Below the pieces are notes generated by a model that searched no databases, was not told the origin of the DNA, and saw nothing but the letters and a program-made list of their open reading frames with translations. Positions 22,520 through 35,719 of a DNA stretch of 64,000 nucleotides are shown one piece after another. How positions within the stretch are numbered: the first letter of the stretch is position 1; each line of letters starts with the position of its first letter. Location: contig CATNEN010000030.1 of the NCBI GenBank assembly GCA_950097015.1, positions 744,001-808,000 on the forward strand, given 5' to 3'. The position numbers and the translations under genes are program-made. The DNA is from Macrostomum hystrix (Eukaryota > Animalia > Platyhelminthes).

Positions 22520-25500
22520 CTCTCGATCTGTCTCCCAATCTCCCCTCTGTCTCACAATCTCCCCTCTGTCTCCCAATCTTCCCTCTGTCTCACAATCTTC
22601 CCTCTGTCTCACAATCTTCCCTCTGTCTCACAATCTCCCCTCTGTCTCACAATCTCCCCTCTGTCTCACAATCTCCCCTCTGTCTCCCAATCTCCTATCT
22701 GTCTCACAATCTCCTCTCTGTCTCACAATCTCCCCTCTGTCTCACAATCTTCCCTCTGTCTCCCAATCTCCTATCTGTCTCCCAATCTCCCCTCTGTCTC
22801 ACAATCTCCCCTCTGTCTCACAATCTCCCCTCTGTCTCCCAATCTCCTATCTGTCTCCCAATCTCCCCTCTGTCTCACAATCTCCCCTCTGTCTCACAAT
22901 CTCCTATCTGTCTCCCAATCTTCCCTCTGTCTCCCAATCACCTATCTGTCTCCCAATCTCCTATCTGCCTCCCAATCTCCTGTCTGTCTCCCAATCTCCT
23001 ATGTCTCCTAATCTCCCATCTGTCTCCCAATCTCCTATCTGTCTCCCAATCTCCTATCTGTCTCCTAATCTACTATCTGTCTCCCAATCTCCCCTCTGTC
23101 TCCTAATCTCCTATCTGTCTCCCAATCTCCTATCTGTCTCCCAATCTCCTATCTGACTCCTAATCTCCTATCTGTCTCCCAGTCTCCTATCTGTCTCCTA
23201 ATCTCCTGTCTGTCTCCCAATCTCCTATCTGCCTCCCAATCTCCTATCTGTCTCCCAATCTCCTGTCTCCCAATCTCCTATCTGTCTCCCAATCTCCTAT
23301 CTGTCTCCCAATCTCCTGTCTCCCAATCTCCTATCTGTCTCCCAATCTCCTACCTACCTCCCAATCTCTCCTCTGTCTCACAATCTTCCCTCTGTCTCCC
23401 AATCTCCTATCTGTCTCCCAATCTCCTCTGTCTCCCAATCTCCTGTCTCCCAATCTCCTGTCTCCCAATCTCCTGTTCCCCAATCTCCTATCTGTCTCCC
23501 AATCTCCTATCTGTCTCCCAATCTCCTATCTGTCTCCCAATCTCCTATCCGTCTCCCAATCTCCTATCTGCCTCCCAATCTCCTATCTGTCTCCCAATCT
23601 CCTGTCTCCCAATCTCCTATCTGTCTCCCAATCTCCTATCTGTCTCCCAATCTCCTGTCTCCCAATCTCCTATCTGTCTCCCAATCTCCTACCTACCTCC
23701 CAATCTCTCCTCTGTCTCACAATCTTCCCTCTGTCTCCCAATCTCCTATCTGTCTCCTAATCTACTATCTGTCTCCTAATCTCCTATCTGTCTCCTAATC
23801 TCCCCTCTGTCTCCTAATCTCCCCTCTGTCTCCTAATCTCCTATCTGTCTCCTAATCTCCTATCTGTCTCCTAATCTCCTATCTGTCTCCTAATCTCCTA
23901 TCTGTCTCCTAATCTCCTATCTGCCTCCCAATCTCCTATCTGTCTCCTAATCTCCTATCTGTCTCCCAGTCTCCTATCTGTCTCCTAATCTCCTGTCTGT
24001 CTCCCAATCTCCTATGTCTCCTAATCTCCTATCTGCCTCCTAATCTATCTGTCTCCTAATCTCCTATCTGTCTCCTAATCTCCTATCTGCCTCCCAATCT
24101 CCTATCTGCCTCCCAATCTCCCCTCTGTCTCCTAATCTCCTCTGTCTCCCAATCTCCTATCTGCCTCCCAATCTCCTATCTGTCTCCTAATCTCCTATCT
24201 GTCTCCCAATCTCCTATCTGTCTCCTAATCTCCTATCTGTCTCCTAATCTCCTGTCTGTCTCCTAATCTCCTATCTGTCTCCTAATCTCCTATCTGTCTC
24301 CTAATCTCCTATCTGTCTCCTAATCTCCTATCTGTCTCCCAATCTCCCCTCTGTCTCCTAATCTCCTCTGTCTCCCAATCTCCTATCTGTCTCCCAATCT
24401 CCTATCTGTCTCCCAATCTCCTATCTGCCTCCCAATCTCCTATCTGTCTCCTAGTCTCCCCTCTCTCTCCTAATCTCCTATCTGCCTCCCAATCTCCTGT
24501 CTGTCTCCTAATCTCCTCTGTCTCCCAATCTCCTGTCTCCCAATCTCCTGTTCCCCAATCTCCTATCTGTCTCCCAATCTCCTATCTGTCTCCCAATCTC
24601 CTATCTGTCTCCCAATCTCCTATCCGTCTCCCAATCTCCTATCTGCCTCCCAATCTCCTATCTGTCTCCCAATCTCCTGTCTCCCAATCTCCTATCTGTC
24701 TCCCAATCTCCTATCTGTCTCCCAATCTCCTGTCTCCCAATCTCCTATCTGTCTCCCAATCTCCTACCTACCTCCCAATCTCTCCTCTGTCTCACAATCT
24801 TCCCTCTGTCTCCCAATCTCCTATCTGTCTCCTAATCTACTATCTGTCTCCTAATCTCCTATCTGTCTCCTAATCTCCCCTCTGTCTCCTAATCTCCCCT
24901 CTGTCTCCTAATCTCCTATCTGTCTCCTAATCTCCTATCTGTCTCCTAATCTCCTATCTGTCTCCTAATCTCCTATCTGTCTCCTAATCTCCTATCTGCC
25001 TCCCAATCTCCTATCTGTCTCCTAATCTCCTATCTGTCTCCCAGTCTCCTATCTGTCTCCTAATCTCCTGTCTGTCTCCCAATCTCCTATGTCTCCTAAT
25101 CTCCTATCTGCCTCCTAATCTATCTGTCTCCTAATCTCCTATCTGTCTCCTAATCTCCTATCTGCCTCCCAATCTCCTATCTGCCTCCCAATCTCCCCTC
25201 TGTCTCCTAATCTCCTCTGTCTCCCAATCTCCTATCTGCCTCCCAATCTCCTATCTGTCTCCTAATCTCCTATCTGTCTCCCAATCTCCTATCTGTCTCC
25301 TAATCTCCTATCTGTCTCCTAATCTCCTGTCTGTCTCCTAATCTCCTATCTGTCTCCTAATCTCCTATCTGTCTCCCAATCTCCTATCTGTCTCCTAATC
25401 TCCTATCTGTCTCCCAATCTCCCCTCTGTCTCCTAATCTCCTCTGTCTCCCAATCTCCTATCTGTCTCCCAATCTCCTATCTGTCTCCCAATCTCCTATC

Positions 25501-27115
25501 TGCCTCCCAATCTCCTATCTGTCTCCTAGTCTCCCCTCTCTCTCCTAATCTCCTATCTGCCTCCCAATCTCCTGTCTGTCTCCTAATCTCCTCTGTCTCC
25601 CAATCTCCTATCTGTCTCCCAATTTCCTATCTGTCTCCCAATCTCCTATCTGCCTCCCAATCTCCTATCTGTCTCCTAGTCTCCCCTCTCTCTCCTAATC
25701 TCCTCTGTCTCCCAATCTCCTATCTGCCTCCCAATCTCCTATCTGTCTCCTAATCTCCTATCTGTCTCCCAATCTCCTATCTGTCTCCTAATCTCCTATC
25801 TGTCTCCTAATCTCCTGTCTGTCTCCTAATCTCCTATCTGTCTCCTAATCTCCTATCTGTCTCCTAATCTCCTATCTGTCTCCTAATCTCCTGTCTGTCT
25901 CCCAATCTCCTATCTGTCTCCTAATCTCCCCTCTGTCTCCTAATCTCCTCTGTCTCCCAATCTCCTATCTGTCTCCCAATCTCCTATCTGTCTCCCAATC
26001 TCCTATCTGTCTCCCAATCTCCCCTCTGTCTCCTAATCTCCTCTGTCTCCCAATCTCCTATCTGTCTCCCAATCTCCTATCTGTCTCCCAATCTCCTATC
26101 TGCCTCCCAATCTCCTATCTGTCTCCTAGTCTCCCCTCTCTCTCCTAATCTCCTCTGTCTCCCAATCTCCTATCTGCCTCCCAATCTCCTATCTGTCTCC
26201 TAATCTCCTATCTGTCTCCCAATCTCCTATCTGTCTCCTAATCTCCTATCTGTCTCCTAATCTCCTGTCTGTCTCCTAATCTCCTATCTGTCTCCTAATC
26301 TCCTATCTCTCTCCTAATCTCCTATCTGTCTCCTAATCTCCTATCTGTCTCCTAATCTCCTATCTGTCTCCTAATCTCCTCTCTGTCTCCTAATCTCCTG
26401 TCTGTCTCCCAATCTCCTATCTGTCTCCTAATCTCCCCTCTGTCTCCTAATCTCCTATCTGCCTCCTAATCTCCTAACTGTCTCCTAATCTCCAATCTGC
26501 CTCCTAATCTCCTATCGGCCTCCCAATCTCCTATCTGTCTCCTAATCTCCTCTGTCTCCCAATCTCCTATCTGCCTCCCAATCTCCTATCTGTCTCCTAA
26601 TCTCCTATCTGTCTCCCAATCTCCTATCTGTCTCCTAATCTCCTATCTGTCTCCCAATCTCCTATCTGTCTCCTAATCTCCTATCTGTCTCCCAATCTCC
26701 TATCTGTCTCCCAATCTCCTATCTGCCTCCCAATCTCCTATCTGTCTCCTAGTCTCCCTCTCTCTCTCCTAATCTCCTATCGGCCTCCCAATCTCCTATC
26801 TGTCTCCTAATCTCCTCTGTCTCCCAATCTCCTATCTGTCTCCCAATCTCCTATCTGCCTCCCAATCTCCTATCTGTCTCCTAGTCTCCCTCTCTCTCTC
26901 CTAATCTCCTATCGGCCTCCCAATCTCCTATCTGTCTCCTAATCTCCTCTGTCTCCCAATCTCCTATCTGCCTCCCAATCTCCTATCTGTCTCCTAATCT
27001 CCTATCTGTCTCCTAATCTCCCCTCTCTCTCCTAATCTCCTATCTGCCTCCCAATCTCCTGTCTGTCTCCTAATCTCCCCTCTGTCTCTAAATCTCCCTT
27101 GTCTCACCAATCTCC
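22520..27115. repeat. 19-bp pyrimidine-rich minisatellite (AATCTCCTATCTGTCTCCC), about 4.6 kb
   Basis: Tandem units with an internal 1075-bp block duplication. Confidence 0.95.
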
Positions 27116-28004
27116 CCACTGTCCGTTTTAAAATTTGCAGAACTCAAATCTGGTCTCATGCATTTTTTTCAGAAGAGTCAGTTGTCTTTATTTTTTTGAA
27201 CTGAAAGTTTTTCTTTAATTTCCTTCAGCTTGATGGGAAATTAAAATTTTCATTTGCATTCTATTGTTAGCTGCTATTGATTTCTTCTCTCAACTGCAAC
27301 AGATCTGCTTCTGTTGACTGTCCCGCCTTGTCTTGCGTGTGAGATCTGCTGATCATGTGACTGTGAGCGATTTTTTTAACTATTTATCAGTCTCCTCTGA
27401 GCTCACGACAAGCGTTCGTTCACAGAAGTAGGTGAGAAAATAGGATTCCAACCCTTCAGGCAAGCAGGCCGTTAGCTATACCCAGCCGGACAGGATCACA
27501 CCTGCATCAGGCGAGTGAGAGGGCTGCTCCCCAAGGGGCTGGGGTGGCTGGATAATTGGGAATATCTCCCATTCTCTCTCATCTGATCTCCCATCCATTG
27601 GGGAATCACGGTTGCTGTAAACAACAGATCAGAAGGACTGGCCGCGGTAAAGAAGTCGTTGCCCTTATCGCAAAAAGCCAATTTTTGACCACCTATACCT
27701 GATCCACGACTGTGCTTATTGTTGACCGACTGCTTATATTTCAGCCATTCTTAACTCGAACAAAAGGACACACACAAAAATAGTTTTTTTTCCAGACTGC
27801 CAATTATAGCCAATCTCAATCAATCAATCAATATTTTGCTCGAAAATAAATCAGAAATGCGTTTTATTGGTTCGGTTGTGGCCAAATGTTCACTATTGCA
27901 TTTACATAAATTATGGCGTTGCTAACATATACCTCGTCATGGAATATTACATTAAAAACTATAAATAATGCTCGTACCATAGAGTTTATAAAACTTGATT
28001 GCAC

Positions 28005-29215
28005 CTTAGAGTTGCTGCAATTTACCATAGACTGCACCTTAGAGTTGCTCTGCAATTTACCATAGACTGCACCTTAGAGTTGCTGCAATTTACCATAGAC
28101 TGCACCTTAGAGTTGCTGCAATTTACCATAGACTGCACCTTAGAGTTGCTGCAATTTACCATAGACTGCACATTAGAGTTGCTGCAATTTACCATAGACT
28201 GCACCTTAGAGTTGCTCTGCAATTTACCATAGACTGCACCTTAGAGTTGCTGCAATTTACCATAGACTGCACCTTAGAGTTGCTGCAATTTACCATAGAC
28301 TGCACCTTAGAGTTGCTCTGCAATTTACCATAGACTGCACCTTAGAGTAATTTACCATAGACTGCACCTTAGAGTTGCTGCAATTTACCATACACTGCAC
28401 CTTAGAGTTGCTGCAACTTACCATAGACTGCACCTTAGAGTTGCTGCAATTTACCATAGACTGCACCTTAGAGTTGCTGCAATTTACCATACACTGCACC
28501 TTAGAGTTGCTGCAACTTACCATAGATTGCACCTTAGAGTTGCTGCAACTTACCATAGACTGCACCTTAGAGTTGCTGCAACATACCATAGACTGCACCT
28601 TAGAGTTGCTGCAACATACCATAGATTGCACCTTAGAGTTGCTGCAACATACCATAGACTGCACCTTAGAGTTGCTGCAACTTACCATAGACTGCACCTT
28701 AGAGTTGCTGCAAATTAACATAGACAACACATGGTGTTGCTGCAAATTACCCTAGACTACACATGGTGTTGCTGCAAATTACCCTAGACTACACATGGTG
28801 TTGCTGCAAATTACCCTAGACTACACATGGTGTTGCTGCAAATTACCCTAGACTGCACATTGGTGTTGCTGCAAATTACCCTAGACTGCACATGGTGTTG
28901 CTGCAAATTACCCTAGACTACACATTAGTGTTGCTGCAAATTACCCTAGACTACACATTAGTGTTGCTGCAAATTACCCTAGACTACACATTGGTGTTGC
29001 TGCAAATTACCCTAGACTACAAATTAGTGTTGCTGCAAATTACCCTAGACTACACATTGGTGTTGCTGCAAATTACCCTAGACTGCACATTGGTGTTGCT
29101 GCAAATTACCCTAGACTGCACATTGGTGTTGCTGCAAATTACCCTAGACTACACATTAGTGTTGCTGCAAATTACCCTAGACTACACATGGTGTTGCTGC
29201 AAATTACCCTAGACT
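28005..29215. repeat. 33-bp minisatellite (CCATAGACTGCACCTTAGAGTTGCTGCAATTTA) switching near 28725 to a related 32-33 bp unit (CCCTAGACTACACATGGTGTTGCTGCAAATTA)
   Basis: Tandem units; two related sub-arrays. Confidence 0.95.
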
Positions 29216-29537
29216 ACTCAAGGCGTTGCTTCAGCCAACTCAAGCAAATTTAGAATCGAAGGTGCGATCTAGAAAAATATTTTTTTTCTTGCAAAAACTC
29301 ATTTCAAGTTGTCCATGTCTAAAAGAAATAAATTAAACAGGATAATGTTTATCATTTAATAGGTCACTATCATAAAAAAATTATTCGAAATCAAGTTTAA
29401 AGAACACATGACGAAATCAAGAACTCATTTTACCAATAATTCAGAGGTTACAAAAGGCTGTTGAAGTTTTTTCTTTTTTTTTAAATAGGTATGATGAATA
29501 GGTTGATTCTTAGTTTTTTCGCGACCATTGTAACTAG

Positions 29538-29618
29538 CTGATGGCGGGCCTGACAGATGGCGATAAGGAGCTCTGCGAGCAGTGCTCAAACTGCAACACC
29601 CGTGTATGCTATAGTCAG
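29538..29618 (+). CDS. Candidate 81-nt exon (LMAGLTDGDKELCEQCSNCNTRVCYSQ)
   Basis: TAG acceptor, CAG|GTAAT donor, GC-richer than flanks, phase 0-0; could join an open frame at 34071-34247; no homology recognised. Confidence 0.25.
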
Positions 29619-29809
29619 GTAATCCACTTGTTTGTAATCTAGCTTAGTTGCTTTCATAAAATTTCCTCTTTTTCTTCAAAAATTATAATACCATAGACTT
29701 TGGCACTGAAAATTTACTTTCAGATTTTTTTGGATCAGGATCTGCATGAATTCTTGATCACTAACTTTTGCATAACCTTTTACTTTTGTGCCATTTCTCA
29801 GTTTGTGTT

Positions 29810-30916
29810 GTCATGTCTGCTGGTGTGATTTCATGTCTGCTGGTGTGATTTCATGTCTGTTTATGTGATTTCATGTCTGCTGGTGTGATTTCATGTCTGT
29901 TTATGTGATTTCATGTCTGCTGGTGTGATTTCATGTCTGCTGGTGTGATTTCATGTCTGCTGGTGTGATTTCATGTCTGCTGGTGTGATTTCATGTCTGC
30001 TGGTGTGATTTCATGTCTGCTGGTGTGATTTCATGTCTGCTGGTGTGATTTCATGTCTGCTGGTGTGATTTCATGTCTGTTTATGTGATTTCATGTCTGC
30101 TGGTGTGATTTCATGTCTGTTTATGTGATTTCATGTCTGCTGGTGTGATTTCATGTCTGCTGGTGTGATTTCATGTCTGCTGGTGTGATTTCATGTCTGT
30201 TTATGTGATTTCATGTCTGCTGGTGTGATTTCATGTCTGCTGGTGTGATTTCATGTCTGTTTATGTGATTTCATGTCTGCTGGTGTGATTTCATGTCTGT
30301 TTATGTGATTTCATGTCTGCTGGTGTGATTTCATGTCTGCTGGTGTGATTTCATGTCTGCTGGTGTGATTTCATGTCTGTTTATGTGATTTCATGTCTGC
30401 TGGTGTGATTTCATGTCTGTTTATGTGATTTCATGTCTGTTTATGTGATTTCATGTCTGCTGGTGTGATTTCATGTCTGCTGGTGTGATTTCATGTCTGC
30501 TGGTGTGATTTCATGTCTGCTGGTGTGATTTCATGTCTGCTGGTGTGATTTCATGTCTGCTGGTGTGATTTCATGTCTGCTGGTGTGATTTCATGTCTGC
30601 TGGTGTGATTTCATGTCTGCTGGTGTGATTTCATGTCTGTTTATGTGATTTCATGTCTGCTGGTGTGATTTCATGTCTGTTTATGTGATTTCATGTCTGC
30701 TGGTGTGATTTCATGTCTGTTTATGTGATTTCATGTCTGCTGGTGTGTTTTCATGTCTGCTGGTGTGATTTCATGTCTGCTGGTGTGATTTCATGTCTGC
30801 CGGTGTGATTTCATGTCTGTTTATGTGATTTCATGTCTGCTGGTGTGTTTTCATGTCTGCTGGTGTGATTTCATGTCTGCTGGTGTGATTTCATGTCTGC
30901 CGGTGTGATTTCATGT
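29810..30916. repeat. 20-bp minisatellite (TCATGTCTGCTGGTGTGATT / TCATGTCTGTTTATGTGATT)
   Basis: Tandem units of two main variants. Confidence 0.95.
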
Positions 30917-31554
30917 TTAACGGGATTATTACATGTTTCTCGGTGTTATTTCACACCAATATGTGTTATTGTACGCCAACACTTTTTTGATCGGAGGCCG
31001 ATCACAAGCCAAGTCCGATGTCCTGCAATCAAGGTGTGAATTTATGATCTGAAAATAAAACTGTACTAACAGAATTATAATAGGAGCTAGTAGCATTGAA
31101 TTCACCAAAAATCCTAGGTGTGATATAAGTCGCCCTAATTAAATTACAGATCCCACTTGGGAGGACTGACAAGCTGGAAATAGTAGATATGTGCCCTTTC
31201 ATGCCATCATAAATATGCTTATTGAAGCCATAGCTCCCATGGGACTCAATTAATAGTATTGACGCGGCCTGTTAGAAAAGTACTTTTAGCTGTCTTAAGT
31301 GCAAGCGAACCCAGCCAAATTGCTCTCGTAGGTGTAAATATGTAAGCGTACCAACTACTGAATATGCAAATATACGAGTACGAGCTAGGTCTACAGTCAA
31401 TCAAACTCTTCTTCACCCGGTTCGTCTGTGAACATTAATCACTTTAGAAAGACTGTCTGTTATGCCAGTTCAGTGCTGTCATCCAGAATATTACCAAAGC
31501 ATCTGTTAAACCAAAAAACTAGCTTAACTGACCTTTCAGACGCTTATATCCCCT

Positions 31555-32555
31555 TGGATTAGCTGACAAGCAGATAACCCTAGTGGATTAACTCACAAGC
31601 AGATAACCCTAGTGGATTAACTGACAAGTCCAATGACCCTAGTGGATTAACTGACAAGCAGATAACCCTAGTGGATTAACTGCCAAGTCCAATGACCCTA
31701 GTGGATTAACTGAAAAGTCCAATAACCCTAGTGGATTAACTGACAAGTCCAAGGACCCTAGTGGATTAACTGACAAATCCAATGACCCTAGTGGATTAAC
31801 TGACAAGTCCAAGGACCCTAGTGGATTAACTGACAAGTCCAAGGACCCTAGTGGATTAACTGAGAAGTCCAATGACCCTAGGGGATTAACTGACAAGTCC
31901 AATGAAAATAGTGGATTAACTAACAAGTCCAATGAAAATAGTGGATTTACTATCAAGTCCAATGACCCTAGTGGATTAACTGACAAGTCCAATGACCCTA
32001 GTGGATTAACTGACAAGTCCAAGGACCCTAGTGGATTAACTGAGAAGTCCAATGACCCTAGTGGATTAACTGACAAGTCCAATGACAATGGTGGATTAGC
32101 TGACAAGTCCAATGACAATGGTGGATTAGCTGACAAGTCCAATGACCGTAGTGGATTAACTGACAAGTCCAATGACCCTAGTGGATTAACTGACAAGTCC
32201 AAGGACCCTAGTGGATTAACTGACAAGTCCAAGGACCCTAGTGGATTAACTGACAAGTCCAATGACAATAGTGGATTAACTAACAAGTCCAATGAAAATA
32301 GTGGATTAACTAACAAGTCCAATGAAAATAGTGGATTAACTGACAAGTCCAAGGACCCTAGTGGATTAACTGACAAGTCCAATGACCCTAGTGGATTAAC
32401 TGACAAGTCCAATGACCCTAGTGGATTAACTGACAAATCTAATGACCCTAGTGGATTGGCTGACAAGTCCAATGACCCTAGTGGATTAACTGACAAGTCC
32501 AAGGACCCTAGTGGATTGGCTGACAAGTCCAATGACCCTAGTGGATTAGCTGACA
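31555..32555. repeat. 30-bp minisatellite (CCCTAGTGGATTAACTGACAAGTCCAATGA)
   Basis: Tandem units; source of the SLDLSVNPLG ORF. Confidence 0.95.
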
Positions 32556-33689
32556 CAATCAACTACCAATGCACCTAAAAAACAATTAAAAAGCGGGTCT
32601 TGCAAATTTAAGTATAAATGAAATTATTTTTGCAATTCTCCTCAACAATGCTATATCCTTGCGATATGCAACGTGCCGATCTATTGTCTACATTTTTTCG
32701 CCAGTTATTCATTCGTGGAATTTAAATTTAATAGCACTTTGCATTTATTTTTTCACGCCCACTGTTGCGTGACTCGGAAAATGGCAACTCATGATAGTCC
32801 CCTCAGCTCGCAATTACTTTTCTATCTTTGTGAACGAATGCAAAAGCTCCGGAGAGGATACCGGTCGTTTGAATGAGCAATTTGTGATCTGAAAATACGT
32901 AGATTTTAGAAACGCTTCACAGCTGCACCCTTCATAATCAACTCATTGATGTGTGAGGGTTGGGAAATGACAAAAGATGATGGTAAACTTATTCTTAGAA
33001 AGACAACAGTAAATTTTAAGAACGATAGGAAAAATTTCTAAGAAAGATTAGATTTGATTCCTTGAAGATCGAGATATTCTTAGAAAATGTGAAATAATTC
33101 TAGGAAAGACGATAAATTATTTTAAAAAGATAAGGAATTATTGAATGAAAATGATACTAGTGATTCTAGAAATTACAAAAAACTTTTTTTAAATAGAGCG
33201 AGTGAAAATGACAAATTTCTAAAATCTGCTTCTTTTTGTTTGAGGAGCCGGAAAACTGATTAACAGAATGTTGACAACTTGCTCGTGACTAGTCGTTAAT
33301 TTTTACAAATGCATTCCACAGTTTGAAACACTTCGCAATTTTTCTAGCTACTTTTGTTGGTCGATGGCAGAAGCTGCTGCAGCTGCTGCTGCTGCTGCTG
33401 CTGCTCACAATCACAAGAACAAAAGTCTGATTATGCAGGACGAAAGCCCATTGCCTATTATCTGTGCTTTTAGTTTACTAACTTTGCATGCAGCCATTAT
33501 TTGTGCCAACTCGGGCGACAAGCCTTGAGTGAATAGGGAGCTGGCATTTGAGTTCTGCTCAGCTAGACTAGAAATCAGCTCATGATAACTAACTACTGCA
33601 ATTGTATTTGTACTCTTAGCTGAAATATAATTATCAATGCCTGGACTGGGCAGTCTGCCACCTGCACGAGGATATTGAACTGACTTTGT

Positions 33690-33965
33690 TCACTCACTCA
33701 CTGACTCACTCACCCACTCACTCACTCACTTACTCACTCACTCACTCCTCACCCACTCCTCACCCACTCACTGAATCACCCACTCACTCAATCACTCACT
33801 CACTCACTCACTCACTCACTTACTCACTCACTCACTCACTCACTTACTCACTAACTCACTCCCTCACTCACTCACTCATCACCCACTCACTCACTCACTC
33901 ACTCACCCACTCACTCACTCACTCACACACTCCTCAATCACTCACTCACTCACTCACTCACCCAC
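33690..33965. repeat. (CACT)n microsatellite
   Basis: Direct. Confidence 0.95.
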
Positions 33966-34659
33966 TGGATTTTATTCATGAAATTAAAAATGATAGTCGA
34001 TGACGATTTTTTAACTACTTGAAGTAGTACGGTATAAATAGAGTTGTTATTTTTTAATTAATTTTTTCAGTCAGAGACCGAGCTGAAGCCCACAGAGGGC
34101 GGGGTCAGCTACGGCGCCGACCTGTACGGCCTCCATAATGCACATGTTGTATTAGATCGTCAGGCATCGAGGTCAGAAAAAATTAGTTCGAGGTCAAACT
34201 TTCCTCAACCCCCAAGTAACATTGTTAGGCCAGCCGAATTCCTCTAGAAAGGCCATGTCCTGAAACTGAATTTCAGAATCCCTCCTACAAAAGCCAAGCA
34301 GTTTATTGTATTCTTCTGTAAAGAAGTATGCGTTACAAAAAAACATTTTTTCTGATAACAGTGTTCAAACCTTTGTTGGCTCGCTGGAAAAGTTTATTTA
34401 AATAATTTATTGTAAGCTTCAATTAATTTAGTAAAATAATAGAGATAGACGGAATAGGAGAATGAAGTCAGATAAAAATAATTATTTTTGTGACTATTTT
34501 CCTGTTAGGTATAGATAAGCATGTTTTCTATACAATTTTAAAATATCTCAGCCTTCAAGAACAGGATTCTCAATGCAATGCACAAACTTTAATATAGGCG
34601 AATTCGGCAAATGGGATTTCTGGGAATTGGGATTTCGAGGATTTGGGATGTCTAAGAAC

Positions 34660-34850
34660 TGGGATTCTGAAGGTTTGTTATTTCTGAGAATGTGATAATC
34701 ATTTCTCTGAGAATGGGATAATACTTTTTGGGAGAATGGGATAATCCTTTCTGGGAGAATGGGATAATCCTATCCGGGAGAATGGGATGATCCTTTCCGG
34801 GAGAATGGGATGATCCTTTTTGGGGAATGGGATGAACCTTTCCGGATGAT
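34660..34850. repeat. Degenerate ~21-22 bp repeat (GAGAATGGGATAATCCTTTCT-like)
   Basis: About 8 imperfect units. Confidence 0.75.
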
Positions 34851-34942
34851 GTTGATAATCTGGATACTCTCCCCTGTGCTGATACATTGCTAGCTTGTTT
34901 GTACATTACTAGCTGGAGTCCCAAAGCGAGTTCCATTTTTGT

Positions 34943-35292
34943 CTAGCTGTTGCTTCTGTGCGCAAACGCTCGGCCAGCCTCGAAGTCCGCGGATCCGCCA
35001 TTGGCGACTGCTTCGCCAAGCAGGCCAGCCGAGGCCTTCTTGCCGATGCCGCCGCTGTTGCCGCCGACTCCTTCGCCGACATCCGCTGTCGCTGCATTAT
35101 TGCCAGGTGGCGACGCGTCGGCGCCTTTGAAATCGGACCGGATGATGTAGAGCAGGAATCCGAGAAACTGGAACACGTCGGCGACGACCGCCAGCCAATA
35201 GGACCAGCGCAGCTCGTTCCTGTGCAGCGTGTTTCGCTCGCCGTGCTTGATAAAGTCACCCCAGACCGCCACGGCTACTAGCAGGCACAGAA
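34943..35292 (-). CDS. Claudin/PMP22/EMP-like tetraspan protein, last exon (end of TM3, TM4 WSYWLAVVADVFQFLGFLLY, G/A-rich tail)
   Basis: CAG acceptor at 35294-35293, phase 1 matches the donor at 35569; stop at 34943. Confidence 0.7.
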
Positions 35293-35569
35293 CTGCCAGG
35301 GGTTCAGGGATTTCAATAAGCGGCGAACTTTTTGGATGAGAAAATTAGGATGTTATAAAATTAGGCTGATAAAGAGTTAGAATGATAACCAATTGGGATG
35401 ACAAAGGATTGTGAACAATTTGGATGATGTGAATTGGGATTCTTGGGATAATTGGGACATTGTAAACTTACTAATTAGCAAAATATAATAGCAAATTGAA
35501 TAAAAGCAACTTGGCATAGTGAGGAGTCAAGATATGAATAAGGATAATCGCAAGCCACAATCCACTCAC

Positions 35570-35719
35570 AGGAGGCCAGGAGGCTGCTAACAAACAGCAG
35601 TCGCAGGGTTTTGCTGTGCATGGACGCTTCAAACTTCATGCGCACAATGCCGATCGCCAGGGAAGCTACCGAGGCTACGAGGCCCAGTATGAAGGCCGCT
35701 TTGGTCTTGATGAAGTCGG
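35570..35719 (-). CDS. Claudin/PMP22-like protein, internal exon (PDFIKTKAAFILGLVASVASLAIG...LLFVSSLLAS; TM2-TM3)
   Basis: CAG acceptor at 35721-35720, GTGAGT donor at 35569, 150 nt, phase 1-1. Confidence 0.65.

Noticed and set aside
31639-32562. 307-aa ORF resembling a leucine-rich repeat protein (SLDLSVNPLG)n
   Set aside because: It coincides exactly with a 30-bp minisatellite; the 10-residue period is too short for an LRR, and there are no unique flanks or splice context.
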